NCBI RefSeq assembly: GCF_000940845.1
Contig: NZ_CP010341.1
Coordinates: forward strand, 2,490,001 to 2,522,000
DNA from: Propionibacterium freudenreichii subsp. freudenreichii
GTDB lineage: Bacteria; Actinomycetota; Actinomycetes; Propionibacteriales; Propionibacteriaceae
Length of the DNA stretch: 32,000 bases
Direction of reading: 5' to 3'
Below, piece by piece: positions 24,404 to 32,000 of the stretch. Made by a program: the position numbers and the translations under genes. Within the stretch, counting starts at the first letter, position 1, and each line of letters starts with the position of its first letter. Under the pieces are notes generated by a model. It searched no databases and had not been told where the DNA came from. It was given only the letters and a program-made list of their open reading frames with translations.

Positions 24404-25837
24404 ATGAACCCCGTCTCACCAAGGAACAGTGCTCCTTCACACAGCGCTTCCTCACAGGGCAGTGCCGCACCCCACGTTCTCTCGACGACGTTGTCGCGTC
24501 GTCGCCTGCTGTCGATGGCGGCCCTCGGCGCTGGTGCGGTGGCCCTGGCCGCCTGCGCCGGCCCGTCCACCTCAAGCGGCGCGTCGAGCTCGGCAGCCGA
24601 CGCCAATGGCCCCGACTTCAGCGGCGTGACGCCCGCCACCACCATCACCTTCTGGTCGAACCACCCGGGCTCGTCGGAGGACATCACCAAGCAGATCATC
24701 TCCGACTTCAAGAACGAGACCGGCATCACCGTCAACCTGGTGACCGCCGGATCGAGCTATGAGGACGTGGCGCAGAAGTTCCAGACCGCCCAGACCGGCG
24801 GCACGCTGCCCGACATCGTCGTGTTCTCCGACGTGTGGTGGTTCCGCTACTACATGCAGGACTCGATCATCCCGCTGACCAATGCCCTCAAGGCGGCCAA
24901 CGTGGACACCTCCGACTACCGCGACGGCCTGTTCGCCGACTACCAGTACAAGGGCTCCCAGTGGGCGGTGCCGTGGGCGCGCTCGACGCCGCTGTTCTAC
25001 TACAACAAGAGCCACTGGGCGGCCGCCGGACTGCCCGACCGGGTGCCCGCCACCTGGGACGAGTTCGCACAGTGGGCCCCCAAGCTGAAGGACGCCAACA
25101 GCTCGGCCCAGCATGTCTACGAGCACCCCGCACTGGCCGACTACGCCGGCTGGACCCTGCAGAACATCCTGTGGGGCTACGGCGGCGGCTGGTCCGCCAA
25201 GGGCAGCTTCGACGTCACCTGCGACTCCGAGGCGTCGGTGAAGGCGCTGCAGTACGTGAAGGACTCGGTGTACCAGGGCAAGTGGGCCGGGGTGGCCTCG
25301 TCGGCCGGCACCGACGACCTCGCCGCCGGCGCCTGCTCGGCGACGCTGGGTTCCACCGGATCGCTGGTGGGCGTGCAGAAGGCTGCCGCCGGCAAGTTCG
25401 AGGTGGGCGTCGGCAACCTTCCCGGCGGCCCCTCGGTGACCACGCCGGTCTGCCCCACCGGCGGCGCCGGCGTGGGCATCCCCAAGAAGGTGCCGGCGGC
25501 CAACCAGCTGGCAGCCGCGAAGTCCATCGGCTTCCTCACCAACCCGAAGAACACCGTCGCCTTCTCGCAGCAGACGGGCTACATGCCGGTGCGCAAGTCG
25601 GCCGACACCAGCGAGCTGCTGGCGAAGAACCCGCTCATCGAGACCGCCATCAAGCAGCTCGACGTCACCCGCACCCAGGACTATGCGCGCGTCTTCCTGC
25701 CCGGGGCCGACCAGGAGATGGCCAAGTCGGTGGCGCAGATCGTCACCCAGAATGCCGACGTCGCCTCCACCATGAAGTCGCTGCGCTCCACGTTGGAGGG
25801 CATCTACAACGGGCAGGTGAAGTCAAAGACCTCGTGA
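24404..25837 (+). CDS. Extracellular solute-binding lipoprotein of a carbohydrate ABC transporter (family 1)
   Basis: ATG at 24404 with GAGGAGAG upstream. Twin-arginine-like SRRRLLSMAALGAGAVALAAC signal with a lipobox Cys. 477 aa. Confidence 0.85.
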   Translation: MNPVSPRNSAPSHSASSQGSAAPHVLSTTLSRRRLLSMAALGAGAVALAACAGPSTSSGASSSAADANGPDFSGVTPATTITFWSNHPGSSEDITKQIISDFKNETGITVNLVTAGSSYEDVAQKFQTAQTGGTLPDIVVFSDVWWFRYYMQDSIIPLTNALKAANVDTSDYRDGLFADYQYKGSQWAVPWARSTPLFYYNKSHWAAAGLPDRVPATWDEFAQWAPKLKDANSSAQHVYEHPALADYAGWTLQNILWGYGGGWSAKGSFDVTCDSEASVKALQYVKDSVYQGKWAGVASSAGTDDLAAGACSATLGSTGSLVGVQKAAAGKFEVGVGNLPGGPSVTTPVCPTGGAGVGIPKKVPAANQLAAAKSIGFLTNPKNTVAFSQQTGYMPVRKSADTSELLAKNPLIETAIKQLDVTRTQDYARVFLPGADQEMAKSVAQIVTQNADVASTMKSLRSTLEGIYNGQVKSKTS

Positions 25838-26081
25838 TCCCATCATCACGAGCGCGAGGAATGCATGACCGTCAGGGCCGTTGGCGATGAGACCGCGCCG
25901 GCGGCCCTGACGCTGCCCGGGGTTCGCGTGCCGCGACGCCGGGGTGGCGGGCCACGCTGCCCACGATTGTCCGCGGCCCGTGCACGGACACCACGTCCGG
26001 GCGCATCCACACCCCCGAAGGACCGGTTGATGATGCAGGTTTCCCCCATGAGCCAGATGACCCCATGAGCCGGGTGTTCCT

Positions 26082-27623
26082 GTGAGCCAGGACTCCGCCG
26101 CAGGCCGCTCGTCGGCAGGTCACTCGTCGTCCCCCACCGACGTGGGCGATGACGGCGCACGCCCGCATCCCAACCGCGGCATCGTCATGGCGGCGGTGTT
26201 CATCGCCACCTTCATGACGTCGGTGGAGGTGACCATCGTCACCACCGCCCTGCCGACGATCATCAGCGAGCTGCACGGCCTGTCGCTGCAGAGCTGGATC
26301 ATGAGCGCCTATCTGCTCACCACGGCGATCACCACCCCCATCTACGGCAAGCTTGCCGACAGCCTGGGACGCAAGCGCATCTTCCAGTTCGGCGTGGTGC
26401 TGTTCACCGTCGGTTCGCTGCTCAGCGGGCTGTCGCCGTCGATCGGCATGATGATCGGCTTCCGCGCGCTGCAGGGCATCGGCGCCGGCGCCGTGATGCC
26501 GCTGACGTTCACGATCATCGCCGACTACTACAGCTTCGCCGAACGCGCCCGCATCATCGCGTTCAACAACACCGCGTGGGGACTGTCAGCCCTGATCGGA
26601 CCGCTGTTGGGCGGGTTCCTGGTGGACGCGCTGTCGTGGCACTGGGTGTTCTTCGTCAACGTGCCGCTTGGGGCGGCCGTGCTGGTGCTCGTTGCGTGGG
26701 GCTACAAGGAGAAGCGCCAGCCCGCGCACGGACTCAGGCCGGATTGGGCGGGCATCTGGTGGTTGACGCTGTGCCTGGTGTGCCTGCTGCTGGCGGTGCA
26801 GGACCTCGACGTGCGTCCGCTGGTGAGCGGCGCGCTGTTCGTGGTGGCGGTGGTCGCGGGGCTCATGCTGGTGCACGTGGAGCGGCGCTCGGCCGATCCG
26901 CTCATTGCGCCGGCGATGTTCGCCCGGCCCACCTTCACTGTGCAGATCGTGACAGCGACCATCCTCAGCGGGGTGCTGATCGGCTACCAGACCTATGTGC
27001 CGATGTGGCTTCAGTCGTTGTACCACCGGCCCCCGACGATCGCCGGGCTGGTGGTGACGCCGAGTTCGATCATGTGGCTCACCGGCTCGTTCTTCGTCGG
27101 CGGGCTGATCTCGCGTTTCGTGCCGAAGCGGATCGCCGTGGTGTTCATTGCGGTGCTGCTGGTGGGATACGGCGCCCTGGCCGTGGCGCCGGCCGGCTTC
27201 CCGGTGTGGGCGTTCTATGTGTTCGCAGCGGTCAATGGCACCGGCATGGGCATCGTCATCTCGATGAACACCGTGCTCACCCAGCACCTCGTGGACCCTT
27301 CGATGGTCGGCTCGGCCACCGGCATCTTCACCCTCGGACGTTCGCTGGGCCCCACGTTGATGGCCGGCATCTACGGGGCCGTGCTCAATGTGGCGATCCG
27401 GGTGCAGCTGCGCGGCCAGCAGGCCGTCGGTGCCGGGGTGGACTTCGGGCAGGTGAACACGGTGATTTCCAGCTCCGGGGGCGCCGGCTCGTCGGTCGAC
27501 CGGGCGGTGGTCGACCCGATCCTGCTCAACTCATTCCACGCGCTGTTCGGCGTGGTGGTGGTGATCCTGGTGGTGGCGCTGTTGATCAATGTGTTCGACC
27601 CGAACAAGAAGGTCATCAGGTAG
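26082..27623 (+). CDS. MFS transporter, DHA2 (EmrB/QacA, 14-TMS) drug:H+ antiporter type
   Basis: 513 aa. Motifs FMTSVEVTIVTTALPTI, GKLADSLGRKRIF and LQGIGAGAVMP. Confidence 0.85.
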   Translation: MSQDSAAGRSSAGHSSSPTDVGDDGARPHPNRGIVMAAVFIATFMTSVEVTIVTTALPTIISELHGLSLQSWIMSAYLLTTAITTPIYGKLADSLGRKRIFQFGVVLFTVGSLLSGLSPSIGMMIGFRALQGIGAGAVMPLTFTIIADYYSFAERARIIAFNNTAWGLSALIGPLLGGFLVDALSWHWVFFVNVPLGAAVLVLVAWGYKEKRQPAHGLRPDWAGIWWLTLCLVCLLLAVQDLDVRPLVSGALFVVAVVAGLMLVHVERRSADPLIAPAMFARPTFTVQIVTATILSGVLIGYQTYVPMWLQSLYHRPPTIAGLVVTPSSIMWLTGSFFVGGLISRFVPKRIAVVFIAVLLVGYGALAVAPAGFPVWAFYVFAAVNGTGMGIVISMNTVLTQHLVDPSMVGSATGIFTLGRSLGPTLMAGIYGAVLNVAIRVQLRGQQAVGAGVDFGQVNTVISSSGGAGSSVDRAVVDPILLNSFHALFGVVVVILVVALLINVFDPNKKVIR

Positions 27624-27687
27624 CGGCGGGGGGACATGCCCCGGGGCCCAATACCGCGGTCCCACCACACCGGCCCCGAACGCAGCT

Positions 27688-27722
27688 GCGCCCGGCAGGT
27701 CCACTCGGGACCCACCGGGCGC
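27688..27722. terminator. GC-rich hairpin between convergent genes; candidate bidirectional intrinsic terminator
   Basis: GCGCCCGG-CA-GGTCC-ACTCG-GGACC-CA-CCGGGCGC: an 8-bp and a 5-bp stem around a symmetric CA/CA internal loop. Sits between the stops at 27623 (+) and 27752 (-). No U-tract. Confidence 0.4.
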
Positions 27723-27751
27723 AGTGATGTTCTCGCGCTGGTGCGCATGCC

Positions 27752-28204
27752 CTACTTGCCGGCAGGCACAACCTCAACGTCAAGGTGGATCTTGACCGCG
27801 TCGGTCAGCTTCACCTCAACGCCGTGACGGCCGACCGTGCGGATCGGCTTGTTCGCGGTGACGGAACGCTTGTCGATCGCAGGGCCACCGGCCTTGCGAA
27901 CGGCCAGGGCGATGTCAGCGTTGGTGACGGCGCCGAAGAGCTTGCCGGTGTCGGACGCATTGGCCGGCACCTGCACCTCGAGTCCGTCGAGCTGCTCACG
28001 CACCTGCAGGGCGTGCTCGTTGTCGCGAATGGTCTTCGCGTTGCGCGCGCGCTGGATGCCCTCGATCTCCTTGGCGGTGCCACGGTTGTAGACAATCGCG
28101 AAGTTCTTGGGCAGCAGGAAGTTACGGCCATAGCCGTCCTTCACCTCGACGACGTCGCCGGCCACACCCAGGTTCTCCACCGGGGCGGTAAGAATGAGCT
28201 TCAT
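27752..28204 (-). CDS. rplI: 50S ribosomal protein L9
   Basis: MKLILTAPVENLGVAGDVVEVKDGYGRNFLLP... is a canonical L9. It is last in the rpsF-ssb-rpsR-rplI order. Confidence 0.95.
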   Translation of the reverse strand: MKLILTAPVENLGVAGDVVEVKDGYGRNFLLPKNFAIVYNRGTAKEIEGIQRARNAKTIRDNEHALQVREQLDGLEVQVPANASDTGKLFGAVTNADIALAVRKAGGPAIDKRSVTANKPIRTVGRHGVEVKLTDAVKIHLDVEVVPAGK

Positions 28205-28215
28205 TTCCTGCCTCC

Positions 28216-28455
28216 TCAGCGGGTGGTGGTGGTGTAGGGAAGCAGGGCGAGCTCACGGGCGTTCTTGATCGCCATGGCGACCTTGCTCTGATCCTGCACG
28301 GACAGCCCGGTCACGCGACGGGCGCGGATCTTGCCGCGTTCGCTGATGAAGCGACGCAGCAGGGTGGTGTCCTTGTAATCGACGTGGTCGACGTGGGTCG
28401 TCTTGACCGGAACGACCTTCTTCTTGTTCACAGACTTGCGCTGTGGACCGGCCAT
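28216..28455 (-). CDS. rpsR: 30S ribosomal protein S18
   Basis: 79 aa. [30 protein letters not shown] is a canonical S18. Confidence 0.95.
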   Translation of the reverse strand: MAGPQRKSVNKKKVVPVKTTHVDHVDYKDTTLLRRFISERGKIRARRVTGLSVQDQSKVAMAIKNARELALLPYTTTTR

Positions 28456-28556
28456 TGTGGTGCTCCTTCTCGTTGGCGGACGACGACTGTGCGTCGTCCT
28501 GAGCCCGGCATCGATGTGCCGGAATGTGCCTGGTTCTTGGAATTGTTGGGGATGGA

Positions 28557-29123
28557 TCAGAACGGGGGTTCGTCGCTCTGGGCGCTCGCCCAGGGATCGG
28601 AGACCGGGCCCTGATTGCCACCTTGCTGGCCGCCGCCGGCCATCCCCTGGTTGCCCTGGGGTGCCTGCTGCTGACCGCCGCCGTAGGGCTGACCGCCCCC
28701 GGCGTTGCCCCGCGACTGGCCGCCACCGGCATTGTTTCCCTGCCAGTTGCTGCCGCCGGACGCGGCACGGGTGACCTTGGCGGTTGCGAACCGCAGCGCC
28801 GGGCCAACCTCGTCCACCTCAACCTCGAAGACCGTGCGGCGATTGCCCTCACGGTCGTCGTAGCTGCGGGCGCGAAGGCGTCCCTGCACGATCACGCGCA
28901 TGCCCTTGGTGAGCGATTCGGCAACGTTCTCCGCCGCCTGACGCCACACCGCACAGTTCAGGAACAGGGCCTCGCCGTCCTTCCATTCGTTCGCCTGGCG
29001 ATCGAATGTGCGGGGCGTGGAGGCAACCGTGAAGTTGGCCACCGCGGCACCCGAGGGGGTGAAGCGCAGTTCCGGGTCGGCCGTCAGATTGCCGACCAGT
29101 GTGATTGGGGTTTCGCCTGCCAT
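28557..29123 (-). CDS. ssb: Single-stranded DNA-binding protein
   Basis: OB-fold N-terminus [34 protein letters not shown], a Gly/Gln-rich linker, and the acidic tail DEPPF. Confidence 0.95.
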   Translation of the reverse strand: MAGETPITLVGNLTADPELRFTPSGAAVANFTVASTPRTFDRQANEWKDGEALFLNCAVWRQAAENVAESLTKGMRVIVQGRLRARSYDDREGNRRTVFEVEVDEVGPALRFATAKVTRAASGGSNWQGNNAGGGQSRGNAGGGQPYGGGQQQAPQGNQGMAGGGQQGGNQGPVSDPWASAQSDEPPF

Positions 29124-29303
29124 GATGCGTCCTCGTCGTGGTTGTGTGCCTGAAACGGATCGGGATGAGTGCCCTCAGCCTGCCAGCTGCCTGCCACAGT
29201 TTGCGACGGCTGTGGGCGAATATGCCCGCCGCTGCCGCCTGTGGAAAACCATCTGATCGGGCACCGCACGCTGTGCGGCCCGAGCCGATGCTCGCTGGGA
29301 GCC

Positions 29304-29591
29304 TCAGGAATCGATGCGCATGACCTTCGTGCGCATGACCTGCTCGTCGATGCCCATGAGACGGTTCATCTCAGAGACGCTCGCGGGCTCACAGGTCAGG
29401 TCGATGACCGCGTAGAGGCCCTCGGTCTTCTTCTGGATCGGATACGCCAGGTGACGGCGGCCCCAGATGTCGACGTTGTCGACGGTGCCACCTTCCTTGG
29501 TGATGATCGCGGTGTACTTATCAACGATGGGCTGCAGCTGACGCTCATCGACATCAGGGCTGATGATTGCCATGACCTCGTACTTGCGCAT
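29304..29591 (-). CDS. rpsF: 30S ribosomal protein S6
   Basis: MRKYEVMAIISPDVDE... 95 aa from the ATG at 29591, with GAAGGAGGTGG upstream. The 151-aa track ORF is an upstream over-extension. Confidence 0.9.
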   Translation of the reverse strand: MRKYEVMAIISPDVDERQLQPIVDKYTAIITKEGGTVDNVDIWGRRHLAYPIQKKTEGLYAVIDLTCEPASVSEMNRLMGIDEQVMRTKVMRIDS

Positions 29592-29830
29592 TGCGAACTC
29601 CACCTCCTTCGGTCTCAACGGCCATGGGTCGTTCCCATGGCAGGAGGGCGTAATGCTCGGATCCGCATGCGTGACGCGGACCCGACGACACGGCTCGTAC
29701 GTGTGACGCACGGGTCGAATTACATGGCCCACGCGACGTGCGTGCGGGCCAATCCCCAAGTTTACGCGACGAGGGGGTGCAGGCGGAAACCGATGCCCGG
29801 GCGATGGGGGTTCGGGGTGGGTTGGTGGCG

Positions 29831-29994
29831 TGGGTGGCGTGGGGCGAAGGTGCGCTGGGTGGGCAACTGTGCGGCGTCATTGCCGCACAAGTGCCCAGTT
29901 AGAGACCGAAGCAGGCGCCCGCGCGCCGAGCCAGCCTGATCCGGCACTCACCGGATGGTTTCGATGCGTCTATTCACCAGAACCATCCAGTTAG
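29831..29994 (+). repeat. Composite hairpin repeat, copy 2 (core 29861-29896 plus a 98-nt tail)
   Basis: GGGCAACTGTGCGGC-GTCATT-GCCGCACAAGTGCCC, then AGTTAG...CCAGTTAG. Positions 29925-29994 are identical to 31488-31557. Confidence 0.85.
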
Positions 29995-30261
29995 TCGTTC
30001 TTCCTCGGGAGGTTATGAACGGTTGAGGTATTGGGGAAGGTCCGGCACCGTGTAGGTCAGCTGACGCACGGCGGCCGTCCTTGCGATGCGTACTCGCCCG
30101 GCGTCGACATGCCACGACCCATGGGGCGACGGCGTCCTGTTCTTCGGGACCGTCCTATGTGGGGCACTGTCCTGCGAATGATCCCCTGGATGCCAAAGTG
30201 CCGCGCCATAGTGAAGTGCCATAGTCTGGCCGGTTCACCGTCGACGCCGAGGAATGGATCC

Positions 30262-30558
30262 ATGAGCACATACCGAACCGAAGTCTTCGAGGACGGCGAA
30301 CCCTGCTGGTGGTGCGAGCGGGAGGCACTGCGGGCCGAATTGGACACCGAGGCGGGCGAGCCTGATCCCTCCGTGGTCGCCGCCCTGGCGGAGGCCGAAC
30401 ACCACCCGGACCTGGAGATGAAGGAGGTCATCGCCGAAGCCCGCAACTCCCCCGCAGATCCGGAGGACATCGCCCTGGCGGAACGCGTCTTCGGACAGGG
30501 GCCGGCTTCCGAACCCACTGGCCAGGGTGACGCTACGTCAGGGACGCCGACGGAATAG
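30262..30558 (+). CDS. Hypothetical small acidic protein (98 aa, single CWWC motif)
   Basis: ATG at 30262 preceded by GAGGAATGG. High third-position GC consistent with coding. No family recognised. Confidence 0.4.
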   Translation: MSTYRTEVFEDGEPCWWCEREALRAELDTEAGEPDPSVVAALAEAEHHPDLEMKEVIAEARNSPADPEDIALAERVFGQGPASEPTGQGDATSGTPTE

Positions 30559-30629
30559 GGAGCGGTGAGCCAGACACGTGGAGTGCAGGCGTGGGGGCGA
30601 ACGCCAGCCGTCCGGACGACCGCGCCGAA

Positions 30630-30989
30630 TCAGGCGGCGTCGCTACTGCTCCACACCAGCATGTGGAGTTCCTGCTCCAGGAAGTTGCGCACGATCCCGA
30701 TCTCTTCCGAGGTGCAACTGATGAGCACCTTGGGTTCCAGCTCCTGCTTCATCAGGTCGAGGCACAGGATCACGCCGGTCACCCGATGCTCGGGCAGCGT
30801 ACCGACGAAGACATCGAGGCCCTCACCATCAACCGACTTCAGGTCGACATATCCATAGTCGACGGGATAGACGATGCTCGGGAACCGTGGATGCCTGGAG
30901 CCCTTGGGACGGTCCAATCTCACCGGACGCGACAAGAGCTCCCGGAACAGCGGACCCTCAAATGACGTGTTGAAACCCTTATCGCCCAT
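30630..30989 (-). CDS. Small inorganic-pyrophosphatase-like protein (119 aa mini-PPase family)
   Basis: ATG at 30989 with GGGAGG upstream. The pattern DRPKGSRHPRFPSIVYPVDYGYV...DGEGLDVFVG...VTGVI matches the short DRPxGSxHP...YPxNYGY...DGxxxD PPase-like family, recalled from memory. Confidence 0.55.
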   Translation of the reverse strand: MGDKGFNTSFEGPLFRELLSRPVRLDRPKGSRHPRFPSIVYPVDYGYVDLKSVDGEGLDVFVGTLPEHRVTGVILCLDLMKQELEPKVLISCTSEEIGIVRNFLEQELHMLVWSSSDAA

Positions 30990-31163
30990 GACCGGCCTCC
31001 CGCCTTCTTGACGCATTCTCGCAGGCCACCCGACGGTGTGTTGGGACGAGGCGAACTGCTGCCCGGATTTGCTGCCGGATCATGCGCTGACCCAAAGATG
31101 GGGAGGACCTTTGCAGGGTAGACGACGCAAAAGTCCTCCCCATCTTCGTTTACGGGCCGGCCT

Positions 31164-31247
31164 GGGGCCCGAAGGTGGGATGGGTGGGCAACTGTGCGGC
31201 GTCATTGCCGCACAGTTGCCCAGTTAGAGACCGAGGCAGGCGTCCAC
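31164..31247 (+). repeat. Hairpin repeat, copy 3 (core 31186-31221, perfect 15-bp stem), truncated tail
   Basis: GGGCAACTGTGCGGC-GTCATT-GCCGCACAGTTGCCC. The arms are exact reverse complements. Flanks GGGGCCCGAAGGTG and AGTTAGAGACCGAGGCAGGCGTCCAC are shared with the other copies. Confidence 0.9.
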
Positions 31248-31271
31248 GGGTCCGAACCATGGAGAACCGAA

Positions 31272-31319
31272 GATAGGTGCGGATAAAGCACCCCAGACGG
31301 TGCTTTTGCCGCACCTATC
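31272..31319. other. 48-nt near-perfect hairpin (19 of 21 positions paired, 6-nt loop) between repeat copies 3 and 4
   Basis: GATAGGTGCGGATAAAGCACC-CCAGAC-GGTGCTTTTGCCGCACCTATC, read directly. No flanking U-tract on either strand. Confidence 0.8.
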
Positions 31320-31391
31320 CCGCGTCCACCCGCCGGCACAGCCCCGGACATGCCCTGGGTGGACACCTGTGTTGGGGAGCGGGATGGGTGA

Positions 31392-31557
31392 GTGTGTGGC
31401 GCGGGCCCGAAGGTGCCCTAAGTGGGCACCTGTGCGGCGTCATTGCCGCACAACTGCCCAGTTAGTGGCCGAAGCAAGCGTCCACCCGCCGAGCCAGCCT
31501 GATCCGGCACTCACCGGATGGTTTCGATGCGTCTATTCACCAGAACCATCCAGTTAG
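31392..31557 (+). repeat. Composite hairpin repeat, copy 4 (core 31424-31459 plus a 98-nt tail)
   Basis: GGGCACCTGTGCGGC-GTCATT-GCCGCACAACTGCCC, then a tail ending CCAGTTAG. It ends 23 nt from the hemQ stop codon. A 20-nt fragment at 31352-31371 is identical to the left arm of copy 1 (20335-20354). Confidence 0.85.
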
Positions 31558-31579
31558 TGACGGGAACGTGTCCGCAGGC

Positions 31580-32000
31580 TCAGCCCCAGCTGTTGACGAT
31601 CTCGGTGAGGTCGCGGCGGCGTCCGGAGTAGAAGGGCGTCTCCACGCGCACATGGCGACGTGCCCCGGTGGTGCGCATGACGCGCATCAGGTCGACGATG
31701 CGGGCCATCTCGTCGGCCTCGAAGCACAGGATCCACTCGTAGTCGCCCAACCCGAACGACGCCATGGTGTTGGCCCGCACATCGGCGAAGCCGGACGCGG
31801 CGCGTCCATGGTCGGCCAGCAACTGGGCGCGGTCCTCGTCGGGCAGCAGGTACCACTCGTGGGACCGCACGAACGGGTAGACGCAGATGTTGTCGCGCGG
31901 CTGCTCGTCAGCCAGGAACGCCGGCACATGGGCCTTGTTGAACTCGGCGGCTCGGTGCAGGGCGAGCTGCGACCATACGGGCGTCAGCACATTGCCCAGG
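31580..32000 (-). CDS. hemQ: Coproheme decarboxylase / chlorite-dismutase-family protein (HemQ/ChdC). C-terminal part only; the N-terminus lies outside the window.
   Basis: [69 protein letters not shown] matches the conserved HemQ C-terminal domain. The ORF is open to the window edge. Confidence 0.85.
   Translation of the reverse strand, partial: LGNVLTPVWSQLALHRAAEFNKAHVPAFLADEQPRDNICVYPFVRSHEWYLLPDEDRAQLLADHGRAASGFADVRANTMASFGLGDYEWILCFEADEMARIVDLMRVMRTTGARRHVRVETPFYSGRRRDLTEIVNSWG

Noticed and set aside
22387-25837. Absence of an ATPase gene in the carbohydrate ABC operon, considered as an anomaly.
   Set aside because: Actinobacterial CUT1 sugar importers commonly share an unlinked MsiK-type ATPase, so this is the expected organisation.
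29259-29281. Hairpin GGGCACCGCAC-GCT-GTGCGGCCC in the rpsF-ssb spacer, considered as a fifth copy of the repeat family.
   Set aside because: It shares only the GTGCGG/CCGCAC core. It lacks the GTCATT loop and the conserved flanks. It is more simply a local intra-operon stem-loop, perhaps a processing or attenuation site, and there is too little evidence to call it.
30013-30222. A 69-aa minus-strand ORF and the surrounding 260 nt next to repeat copy 2, considered as a transposase or integrase remnant that could explain the cassette.
   Set aside because: No DDE, tyrosine- or serine-recombinase, or HUH motif appears in any frame. There are no terminal inverted repeats beyond the hairpin family itself.
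31036-31465. Small ORFs (20173-20385, 31036-31227, 31277-31465) that all end in a shared peptide G(H/Q)LCGVIAAQL(P/S), as if they formed a small protein family.
   Set aside because: The shared peptide is simply the translation of the palindromic DNA hairpin repeat. Upstream parts of the ORFs are unrelated, lack ribosome-binding sites, and the conservation pattern (arms changing together) fits nucleic-acid structure rather than coding.

Overview
High-GC, densely coded chromosomal window of actinobacterial type; the family cannot be determined from the sequence alone. About 30 genes, mostly housekeeping or transport.

Gene content, left to right:
- A LacI-linked sugar-catabolic pair (TIM-barrel sugar-phosphate isomerase and Gfo/Idh/MocA oxidoreductase).
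- A rhodanese sulfurtransferase.
- A gadB-gadC glutamate decarboxylase/antiporter pair.
- An atypical SDR epimerase and an MFS transporter.
- A stretch that looks more AT-rich by eye, carrying a GT-C-type membrane glycosyltransferase and an SDR.
- An OpuC-like ABC importer with no binding-protein gene.
- A Zn-alcohol dehydrogenase and a class-I aminotransferase.
- A Doc/RHH toxin-antitoxin pair, next to a DUF4375-like gene and a DUF1697 gene.
- A frameshifted MFS gene.
- A carbohydrate ABC importer (two permeases and a lipoprotein binding protein, no ATPase).
- A DHA2-type MFS.
- The conserved rpsF-ssb-rpsR-rplI operon.
- Two small genes, then the 3' end of hemQ/chdC.

Not found: rRNA, tRNA, CRISPR array, transposase, integrase or a recognisable multi-gene defence system.

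Most unusual signal: a family of mosaic intergenic hairpin repeats that I do not recognise. It has a 15-bp stem and an invariant GTCATT loop, in four same-orientation copies. One stem position shows a compensatory base-pair change between copies. Two composite copies share an identical 70-nt block and bracket a ~1.5-kb two-gene cassette between rpsF and hemQ.

Secondary items: the frameshift at a C5 run in the MFS gene, the AT-richer Doc TA module with a candidate operator, several 8-12 bp tandem repeats, and candidate operators.

All functional calls come from reading the translated ORFs against remembered family motifs. No database search was run, so the novelty claims are untested.
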